Source of the DNA: Mytilus edulis
Taxonomy: Eukaryota
Assembly: GCF_963676685.1 (NCBI RefSeq)
Contig: NC_092348.1
Span: forward strand, 4,526,001-4,590,000
Length of the DNA: 64,000 bases
Reading direction: 5' to 3'
Position 1 is the first letter of the stretch. Every line of letters starts with the position of its first letter. The position numbers and the translations under genes are program-made. The notes under the pieces were generated by a model. The model was not told where the DNA came from. It ran no database searches and worked only from the letters and a program-made list of their open reading frames with translations. Below are positions 22,301-64,000 of the stretch, piece by piece.

Positions 22301-24507
22301 GATCAGAAAAATGATTTGTTTTTCGCAGACAACACAAAATAATATACATATTAACTCGACACTTAATCTAAACATCCCTACAACAAAATGGGACGACCAA
22401 CCAGATTTCCTAATTTTGATAAAGGTGAAATATGTAGAATAAGAATTGTGCACTCTGGAATAAGATCATAAATAAAGCCCTATATAGAGTGTAAACAAAA
22501 AAAAATAATGTATGAAATCATTGTTTATTACATCTGCTTGCATAATAATATTGAAGTTGAAACTAACAACGATCACGTGTATCCTGTCAACCCCTGAAAA
22601 ACATAATATTGTCTTCTTGACTACTTCCGCAAACCGTGGTCTGGTAAAATGATATATTGTTATAGTGTATGTTAATAAGACTTTAACTCCCAGACTTTAA
22701 TGATGTTATTACTAAATTTGTCTATCAATCTGTATAGTTATATTATAGCCATTACCATACTAAAGGTAAGATGTTTTATTTTGAATTGCTATAAAAATGT
22801 CCAAACTAAACTTTTATATAGTTTTTCTTTCGAAAAGGATTTTATATTTATAAGAATCATATATCATTTAAAATAATACATCATATATTCAGTAAAATAC
22901 GTGTGAAATAACAATATGCTATTGATAAGTTTCCTTGGGGAGATAACCTAAAATACTATTCTTTTGAATAAAGATTTTTTGAAACCAAAAAAGATTACCT
23001 CCCCTTCCTACAAACATATTGCAATTTCACAAATATTTTACTGAATATGAAATGTTTTTATTCACATAATGTGTGATTTTTATGAATATAGAATACTTTT
23101 CGAAAGAAAAACTATATAAAAGCTTAGTTGGACATTTTTATAGCAATCAAAAATAAAACAGTTCACCTTTAGTATGGTAATGGCTATAATATAACAATAC
23201 AGATTGATAGACAAATTTAGTAATAACATCATTAAAGTGGAGTTAAAGTCTTATTAACATACACTATAACAATATATCATTTTACCAGACCATGGTTTGC
23301 GGAAGTAGTCAAGAAGTACTATTTTGTTGTATTCTGTGTGATTAAATATGTACTTTCGATTTGTTTGCGCTGTTGTATTCTTTGAGGTTATAAATGTATT
23401 ATTAGTGTTTTTGCACTATTTTGTTGTATTTTGTGGTTATAAATGTATTTTCCGTGTTTCTTTGTCTGATTTGTTTGTCATCTGCGAGGTTCGGTGTTTT
23501 TTTGCACTGTTATTTTGTATTCTACTTTGCTTTACGTATACAAATAACGTATTTTCACAGTTTTTTGGTAACCTTTGCGGCTGTGCGTGTAATATGAATG
23601 ATGTTTACACTGTGTTTGTGCATGTAGATAATTACTCAATGTCATTTTATTTGATAACGACACATCACGTAATAAGTTATAGCCTTACCAAAAGTTACAT
23701 TCACAAAAGTTCGAGATTTGATTCCTCCTGATTGTTTATCTGGCAGTAGAATAACTTTACCAATAGTATCTTTGTCGCCATCTGTAATCAAACAAAATTA
23801 TGACTGAGAAAAAAAGTCGTTTTACTTCATGGTTTAAAGATAGTCATCCATACACACTTTTAACACTTTATTTGTTTTTTTTTTGTTGCTTTTAATAATC
23901 AAGAATGCTATGATAATAGCATGTAAATTTACTGATCTGATAGAAGAAAAACTACATTATTGTCCAAACTTTACTCGACATTGTCTTGGATCGCCTTCGA
24001 AGTTTGCATATTATGAATATCTTTTGCTGTTTTTCGCAAAATCAAAAAAATAACTATAACACAAAGTTGGCCCTAGAGGATCATGTGCACGTGATTATCT
24101 ATTTTTTTTTAAAAGCTTTATTCTAAAATGTAAACTACTATCGCCTAGACCTAATGCATAAATAGTCTTCCCTCCAGCATTTTTTTTCTGTACCATAGAA
24201 GTCCTTATAAAAAGAACTGTTAAACTTATTATTTTTCATACTCACCACAAGAATCCCACAAGGTTCCTATAGCAACATAGTTATTGTCTTTTATGAACTT
24301 TCTCCATGCTATTTCTGAATCAGTTAATTCATCTACATCCTCGTTAATCTTTTTTCCAGCAGACTTTTTAAGATTTGTTTTTAAAATTTCCTCTGGTGGA
24401 CCATGATTGAAAAAGATCATATAAAGACTGAACACAGAACACATCAATATCAGCAAAATAATTAGCGGAATTTTACGGCAGTTCATTTTTATTCCAAATA
24501 TGCGCAT
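19319..24507 (-). CDS. ML (MD-2-related lipid-recognition; GM2A/NPC2/LY96-like) domain protein with N-terminal hydrophobic anchor, 208 aa, 4 coding exons
   Basis: Exons 24507-24246, 23781-23689, 20998-20808, 19399-19319 (262+93+191+81=627 nt), GT-AG, phases 1,1,0. Translation MRIFGIKMNCRKIPLIILLILMCSVFSLYMIFFNHGPPEE...AIGTLWDSCDGDKDTIGKVILLPDKQSGGIKSRTFVNVTFDEEYNGGELGISVKYNGKDLYDNKWDFCSIDENEEEEDRQVFCPYKPGFHAWITDRKVPKYLPKGTYFSKTWLTDGDGELVACGFSEFVL*. The WxxC, DFC, CPxxxG, PxYLPxGxY and terminal C pattern matches ML domains. Confidence 0.85.
22613..23316. mobile_element. ~700-bp foldback/palindromic MITE-like element in ML gene intron 2
   Basis: CTTCTTGACTACTTCCGCAAACC...(22613) is the reverse complement of ...GGTTTGCGGAAGTAGTCAAGAAG (23316). 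Arms pair for ~300 bp with a short spacer at ~22945-22995. Confidence 0.85.
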
Positions 24508-25835
24508 TCCTTTAAAAGAGCACAAACGGTACTAATTTTAATGCACCAATTCAAAGTTTCAAACAATTATAAAAATCCGTCGGTGTAATAGTTAATCATG
24601 ACAGTCCCACTATTTATGATACTATTAATTGCACTGATAAGTTTTTAACAACACAATTACATTTAGAGTTTGACCCTTTATTTAATCACATGATAAACTT
24701 ATGTATACATGTACAATTGAGTGACATAATAATGACTGTTCCATGAACTAGTTTCTTCATTTGGAGTTGAGTTTTCCGGTTTTAGCGTCAATGTATCGTC
24801 TTTCAAGAGTCGTACCAAACTAAGTGCAACACAACTATCCAAAATTGTCAAGATCTCTTTAAAAGAGATTGTGTATGAAAGCTAATAAAGGAAGCTTTTC
24901 GACACCTTTTATAGTTTTTATCTACCTATAAGGGAAAAATTTATCTGCTCCCCCCCTTTTTTTGGGCCGATCAATGCATTTGAATGGGAACATATAGTTG
25001 GAACCACCCCCTTTACTCTGGGTTGGGACCCCCCCTTTTAAAATGGCTGGATGCGCCACGGAGTTATGTGTTAAGTTTACAATGAGCTTTAAGATAAGTT
25101 ATTGGAGGGCTGTCGAGATTAATTTTGCATATTTGGGATAAAAAAAATTAACTGCCGTAAAATCCACTGATTATTTTGCTGATATTGATGTGTTCTGTTT
25201 CACTGAAAGGTCGTTATTTTAAATAAGTATAATAGAACACTTTTATAATCGCCGACTAAACCTAAATGTTATGCCGACGCCGACGAGATGTATGATCGCT
25301 ATGTCTCACTTCATAGACTAAATATCAGATTCGACAAAAATCTAAAATCTAAAATATATTGAACGAACTACATCTAACCATTATCTAATTCCTTAAACAT
25401 AGATGTGGTAAAAACTAACCTAAGCCATAAATGTGTGAAGTCTAGGTATAAAAGAATACCAAAATTAAGTGTGGAACTTCTTACTAAAACTCCGTGTTTC
25501 AACTGACGAAAGTCAAGATTTCTATGATTTGAAACTGCTTTGGTCTTGATCTTAATGCAAAACTGAATCAATGGCATGCAATTATAATGTAAAGGTCAAG
25601 GTCACATAAAGGTTAGTGTTGACCTTAACATTTCATTCCTCTATGATTGGTACTAGCTCATATCTCGACCTCGAAAGACGGGCAAAATGTTATATCCCCT
25701 ACCCTGGTTCGTTTGGTAAGAGAATAATGAATGACAGGTTTTACAGTCATATACTTTTGAAAGGATACTAATAACTATGTCACAGTGCGATGTAGAATAT
25801 CTACTCAAAATAGTAAGAATATAGAAGCAATTTAA

Positions 25836-25980
25836 TTAAGGTGCCAGCTGAAGGACGCATCCGGGTGTGGGATTTTCTTGATACATTACAGACCCATGTG
25901 TGGCCTTCGACTGTTGTCTGCTCTATGGTCGGGTTGTTGTCGCTTTGACACATTCCCCATTTCCTCTCTCAATTTTAATA
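25836..25980. repeat. Short interspersed repeat with an inverted partial copy at ~48660-48745
   Basis: GGTCGGGTTGTTGTCGCTTTGACACATTCCCCATTTCC here, and GGAAATGGGGAATGTGTCAAAGAGACAACAACCCGACC at ~48674. Confidence 0.65.
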
Positions 25981-26470
25981 ATGAAATTTATAAAGAAATT
26001 TTTTAAATCATAATTCTAATAGTATATAGGTATTTATTTATCTGTATTAATCAAATTCAATATACACGTAAAGTCTGGCGCAAGCTCTGCTGTCAAGTTA
26101 GTAACACACGTTTTGAGAAAAGTACAATTAATGAGGTTTATGAATATCAAAAATGATGTGCAGGTGTCCTATCTACATAAACAACTTCAAAAGTGTTAAA
26201 TACTATATTATGTAACAGGAAATTTGATAAAACTTTACGTAATAATGAACATGTCAACCTTGAGCCTTGTTTTTTCAAACAGGTAATTCTTATCAATTAT
26301 AGTAGATAGCGTAGCAAAGAAGACAAAGCGATTATATATTAAAAGTAATCCTTATTCCTGAAATCAAAAATTTGTACAGAAAGCTAAAAATTGAACAGAA
26401 AAAATACATTGTCGGCAAAAAATGAGAAAACAATGAATTATTTAGCTTTCGTGGATTCTCATCAATCCAT

Positions 26471-29400
26471 GAGTGTATACTGGTACAATTGGGACTGGGG
26501 AGTGTATACCCGTACAATTGGGACTTTGGGGAGTGTATACTGGTACAATTGGGACTTAGGGGATTGTATACTGGTACAATTGGGTCTTTGGGGAGTGTAT
26601 ACTGGTACAATTGGGTCTTTGGGTGAGTGTATACTGGTACAATTGGGACTTTGGGGAGTGTATACTGGTACAATTGGGACTTAGGGGATTGTATACTGGT
26701 ACAATTGGGACTTTGGGGAGTGTATACTGGTACAATTGGGTCTTTGGGTGAGTGTATACTGGTACAATTGGGACTTTGGGGAGTGTATACTGGTACAATT
26801 GGGACTTTGGGCGAGTGCATACTGATAAATTTGAGACTTTGGGGAGTGTATACTGGTACAATTGGGACTTTGGGGAGTGTATACTGGTACAATTGGGACT
26901 TTGGGCGAGTGCATACTGATAAATTTGAGACTTTGGGGAGTGTATACTGGTACAATTGGGACTTTGGGGAGTGTATACTGGTACAATTGGGTCTTTGGGT
27001 GAGTGTATACTGGTACAATTGGGACTTTGGGGAGTGTATACTGGTACAATTGGGACTTTGGGCGAGTGCATACTGATAAATTTGAGACTTTGGGGAGTGT
27101 ATACTGGTACAATTGGGACTTTGGGGAGTGTATACTGGTACAATTGGGACTTTGGGGAGTGTATACTGGTACAATTGGGACTTTGGGCGAGTGCATACTG
27201 ATAAATTTGAGACTTTGGGGAGTGTATACTGGTACAATTGGGACTTTTGGGAGTGTATACCCGTACAATTGGGTCTTTGGGTGAGTGTATACTGGTACAA
27301 TTGGGACTTTGGGGAGTGTATACTGGTACAATTGGGACTTTGGGGAAAGTATACTGGTACGATTGGGACTTTGGGGAGTGTATACTGGTACAATTGGGAC
27401 TTTGGGGAGTGTATACTGGTACAATTGGGACTTTGGAAAGTGTATACTGGTACAATTGGTACTTTAAGGAGTGTTTACTGGTACAATTGGGACTGGGGAT
27501 TGTATACTGGTACAATTGGGACTTTAGGGAGTGTATACTGATACAATTGGGACTTTGGGAGTTTATACTGATATAATTGATACTTTGAGGAGTGTATACT
27601 GGTACAATTGGAACTTTAGGTAGTGTATACCGATGCAATTGGGACTTTTGGGAGTGTATACTGATACTATTGGGTATTTGGGGGAGTGTATACTTATGCA
27701 ATTGGGACTATATAAAGTGTATAATGATGCAATTAGGACGTTAGATTGCGTATACTGAGGTAATTGAGATTTTAGGGAGTGTATACCGGTACAATTGTGA
27801 CTTTGGGGAGTGTATACTGGTACAATTGGGACTTTGGGGAGTGTACACTGATGCAATTGGGACTTTGGGAGTGTATACTGGTACAATTGGGTATTTGGGG
27901 GAGTGTATACTGATGCAATTGGGACTATAGGGAGTGTATAATGATGCAATTAGGACGTTAGATTGCGTTTACTGATGTAATTGAGACTTTGGGGAGTGTA
28001 TACCGGTACAATTGTGACTTTGGGGAGTGTATACTGGTACAATTGAGACTTTGGGGAGTGTATACCGGTACAATTGTGACTTTGGGGAGTGTATACTGGT
28101 ACAATAGGGACTTTGGGGAGTGTATACTGATATGGTTGGGACTTTAGGGAGTATATACTGATACAATTTGGACTTTGGGGGTGTATACTGATACGATTAG
28201 GACTTTGGGGAGTGTATACTGATACGGTTGGGACTTTGGGGAGTGTATACTGATACGGTTGGGACTTTTGGGAGTGTATACTGTTACAATTTGGACTTTG
28301 GGGAGTGTATACTGGTACAATTTGGACTTTGTGGAGTGTATACTGATACAATTAGGACTTTGGGAGTGTATACCTGTACAATGTGGACTTTGGTGGTGTA
28401 TTCAGGTACAATTAGGACTTTGGGGGTGTATACAGGTACAATTAGGACTTTTGGGGTGTATACAGGTACAATTAGGACTTTGGGGGTGTATACAGGTACA
28501 ATTAGGACTTTTGGGGTGTATACAGGTACAATTAGGACTTTGGGGGTGTATACAGGTACAATTAGGACTTTGGGGTGTATACAGGTACAATTAGGACTTT
28601 GGGGGTGTATACAGGTACAATGGGACTTTGGGGTGTATACAGGTACAATTAGGACTTTGGGGTTGTATACAGGTACAATTAGGACTTTGGGGGTGTATAC
28701 AGGTACAATGGGACTTTGGGGTGTATACAGGTACAATTAGGACTTTGGGGTTGTATACAGGTACGATTAGGACTTTTGGGGTGTATACAGGTACAATTAG
28801 GACTTTGGGGGTGTATACAGGTACAATTAGGACTTTGGGGGTGTATACAGGTACAATTAGGACTTTGGGGGTGTATACAGGTACAATTAGGACTTTGGGG
28901 GTGTATACAGGTACAATTAGGACTTTGGGGGTGTATACAGGTACAATTAGGACTTTGGGGGTGTATACAGGTACAATGGGACTTTGGGGTGTATACAGGT
29001 ACAATTAGGACTTTGGGGTGTATACAGGTACAATTAGGACTTTTGGGGTGTATACAGGTACAATGGGACTTTGGGGTGTATACAGGTACAATTAGGACTT
29101 TGGGGGTGTATACAGGTACAATTAGGACTTTGGGGGTGTATACAGGTACAACTAGGACTTTGGGGTGTATACAGGTACAATTAGGATTTTGGGGGTGTAT
29201 ACAGGTACAATTAGGACTTTGGGGTGTATACAGGTACAATTAGGACTTTGGGGTGTATACAGGTACAATTAGGACTTTGGGGTGTATACAGGTACAATTG
29301 GGACTTTTGGGGTGTATACAGGTACAATTAGGACTTTTGGGGTGTATACAGGTACAATTAGGACTTTGGGGTGTGTACTGATACAATTAGGACTTTGGGG

Positions 29401-31166
29401 GTGTATACAGGTACGATTAGGACTTTTGGGGTGTATACAGGTACAATTAGGACTTTTGGGGTGTATACAGGTACGATTGGGACTTTTGGGGTGTATACAG
29501 GTACGATTAGGACTTTGGGGGTGTATACAGGTACGATTAGGACTTTGGGGGTGTATACAGGTACAATTAGGACTTTGGGGGTGTATTCAGGTACAATTAG
29601 GACTTTGGGGTGTATACAGGTACAATTAGGACTTTTGGGGTGTATACAGGTACAATTAGGACTTTGGGGGTGTATACAGGTACAATTAGGACTTTGGGGG
29701 TGTATACAGGTACAATTAGGACTTTGGGGTGTATACAGGTACAATTAGGACTTTTGGGGTGTATACAGGTACAATGGGACTTTGGGGTGTGTATTCAGGT
29801 ACAATTAGGACTTTGGGGGTGTATACAGGTACAATTGGGACTTTGGGGTGTATACAGGTACAATTGGGACTTTGGGGTGTATACAGGTACAATTAGGACT
29901 TTGGGGTGTATACAGGTACAATTAGGACTTTTGGGGTGTATACAGGTACGATTGGGACTTTGGGGGTGTATACAGGTACGATTAGGACTTTGGGGGTGTA
30001 TACAGGTACGATTAGGACTTTTGGGGTGTATACAGGTACAATTAGGACTTTGGGGTGTATACAGGTACAATTAGGACTTTGGGGTGTATTCAGGTACAAT
30101 TAGGACTTTGGGGTGTATACAGGTACAATTAGGACTTTGGGGTGTATACAGGTACAATTAGGACTTTGGGGTGTATACAGGTACAATTAGGACTTTGGGG
30201 TGTATACAGGTACAATTAGGACTTTTGGGGTGTATACAGGTACAATTAGGACTTTGGGGGTGTATACAGGTACAATTAGGACTTTTGGGGTGTATACAGG
30301 TACAATTAGGACTTTTGGGGTGTATACAGGTACAATGGGACTTTTGGGGTGTATACAGGTACAATGGGACTTTGGGGTGTGTACTGATACAATTGGGACT
30401 TTGGGGAGTGAATACTGGTACAATTGGGACTGGGGAGTGTATACTGGTACAATTCGGACTTTAGGTAGTGTATACTGGTGCAATTGGGACTTTTGGGAGA
30501 GTATACTGATGCAACTGGGTCTTTGGGGGAGTGTATACTGATGCAATTGGGACTATAGGGAGTGTATAATGATGCAATTAGGATGTTAGATTGCATATAC
30601 TGATGTAATTTAGACTTTGGGGAGTGTAAACCAGTACAATTGTGACTTTGGGAAGTGTATACTGGTACATTTGGGACTTTGGGGAGTGTATACTGATGCA
30701 ATTGGGACTTTGGGAGTGTATACTGATACAATTTGGACTTTTGGGAGTGCAAACTGATACGATTGTGACTTTAGGGAGTGTATACTGATGCAATTGGGAT
30801 TTGGGGGAGTGTATACTGATGCAATTGGGATTTGGGGGAGTGTAAATTGATACAATTGGAGAGTGTTTACTGGTACAATTGGGACTTTGGGGAGTGTATA
30901 CCTGTACAATTGGGACTTTGGGTGTGTGTATTCTGATATGTATGGACTTCGGGGAGTGTAGACTAATTTGATTTGGATTTGGGGGAGTGTTAATTGATAC
31001 AATTGGGAATTGTATACTGATTCAATTTGGACTTTGGGGAGTGTATACCTGTACAATTGGGACTTTGGATGTGTGTATTCTGATATGTATGGACTTTGGT
31101 GAGTGCATACTGATGCAATTGGGACTTTGGGGAGTGTATACTGATACAATTGGGTCTTTGGGGAGT
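26471..31166. repeat. 4.7-kb G-rich minisatellite (31-bp flanking units, 29-30-bp core units)
   Basis: GGGGAGTGTATACTGGTACAATTGGGACTTT in the flanks and GGGGGTGTATACAGGTACAATTAGGACTTT in the core (~28395-30380). Confidence 0.97.
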
Positions 31167-31255
31167 CAGACAGACATATCATCACTATAAACCACGTACT
31201 TCTGAAAGCTTGAGTATTTTTGGAATTAAATAAAAGCTGTTCTAAAACATAATAA

Positions 31256-31543
31256 AACAAGAATGTGTCCCCAGTACACGGATGCCCCATCTGCAATATC
31301 ATTTTCTATGTTCAGTGGACGGTGAAAATGGGGGAAAATCTCTAATTTGGCATTGAAAATAGAAAGATCATATCATAGGGAACATGTGTACTAAGTTTCA
31401 AGTTGATTGGACTTCAACTTCTTCAAAAACTACCTCGACCAAAAACTTTAACCTGAAGCGGGACGATAGGACAAACAGAATAACGGACGAACGAACGGAC
31501 GCACAGACCAGAAAACATAATGCCCATAAATGGGTCATAAAAA
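31256..31543 (-). mobile_element. Short HINE-like element, minus orientation
   Basis: Minus strand reads TTTTTATGACCCATTTATGGGCATTATG head, then (CGTT/CGTC)n microsatellite, and ends in CCGTGTACTGGGGACACATTCTTGTT. Confidence 0.7.
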
Positions 31544-31562
31544 CCAATGAATAAATAATATT

Positions 31563-31568
31563 TTTATT
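31563..31568 (-). terminator. Candidate DPM1 polyadenylation signal AATAAA
   Basis: AATAAA begins 4 nt after the DPM1 TAA stop on the minus strand. Confidence 0.5.
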
Positions 31569-31571
31569 GGA

Positions 31572-63344
<31,773 letters not shown>

Positions 63345-64000
63345 TAAAAATTATATAAAAATACAAATAGTTGTTAAAGTTTAATATCTTGCTATTTAAG
63401 TAAAAAGATGTAATATGATTGCCAATGAAACAACTCTCCACAAGAGACCAAATGACACAGAAATTTACCACTATAGGTCAACAATGAGTAGAACCCATAC
63501 AGATTATTCAGATTGACAAATGCAAAACAATTAAAACTAGAAAACGAATGGCCTGATTTATTTTTAAAATAATGAACGAAAAACAAATATGGTATACAGC
63601 AACAAATGAAGACCATGAATAACAGGCCCCTGACTTGGGATAGGGGTAGGGTTAAACAAGTTTTAGACCTTGGACAGTGGTGTAACAAACAATACAGATC
63701 AGTTAAAAAGGGCTTAGCTCTTACATATAGAATACAAAGCAGAAATACATCTTACAAAAACACAGAGTGAGTGTAGCAGGATACTTATGCATCCCAACAA
63801 CAAAAAGACGCAAAGTACAGATCTTAGAGTACTGGCAGTTACTGTCAGGTAAGTCAAAGCCAATAAAAACTAATAAAAAAAATGTGCATCTTATAGTCAG
63901 ATACTTTTTTGTTTTCTATACATTTCAAACAGACATTATCTTTTATATCATGTTGTTGTTAAGATGGTACATTTTGAATAATAAATAAATGAAAAATTAT

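Noticed and set aside
23348-23731. 127-aa hydrophobic plus-strand ORF
   Set aside because: T-rich low-complexity sequence antisense to the ML gene intron/exon 2; no recognisable domain.
26471-28400. GGGACTTT multimer as an NF-kB site array upstream of a putative immune gene
   Set aside because: The canonical kB site ends in CC (GGGACTTTCC). These read GGGACTTTGG, so only a half-site matches.
26332-31302. Many long ORFs (up to 381 aa; PKSQLYQYTL / PQSPNCTSIHS / PKVPIVPVYT repeats) that look like repetitive adhesive or structural proteins
   Set aside because: Open in several frames on both strands. The unit length of 29-31 bp with frequent indels cycles through frames. No signal peptide or splice context. 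Satellite artefact.

Overview
AT-rich, intron-rich eukaryotic DNA. The repeat families suggest a bivalve, probably Mytilus (inference). Four spliced protein-coding genes were reconstructed by hand with GT-AG junctions and continuous reading frames: GABARAPL2 (+, 4 exons, complete), an unnamed ML/MD-2-like lipid-recognition protein with an N-terminal membrane anchor (-, 4 exons, complete), DPM1 (-, 9 exons, complete) and NSMAF/FAN (+, first 15 exons, running off the window; head-to-head with DPM1). The rest is repeats: about 9 Helentron-associated (HINE-like) elements carrying ~160-bp tandem monomers, several MITEs and foldbacks, a decayed Hero/NeSL-like non-LTR retrotransposon, a mutated minimal hammerhead ribozyme, and four kilobase-scale minisatellites. 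The most striking observation is that the intronic minisatellites sit at splice sites. A 3.2-kb array of ~57 units copies the end of DPM1 exon 2 plus its GTAAGT donor. A 2.6-kb array of ~70 units ends in the branch-point region of NSMAF exon 5 and mimics a 3' splice site in each unit. In both arrays, use of a decoy site would bring in an in-frame stop. Almost all long ORFs in the supplied track are repeat artefacts.
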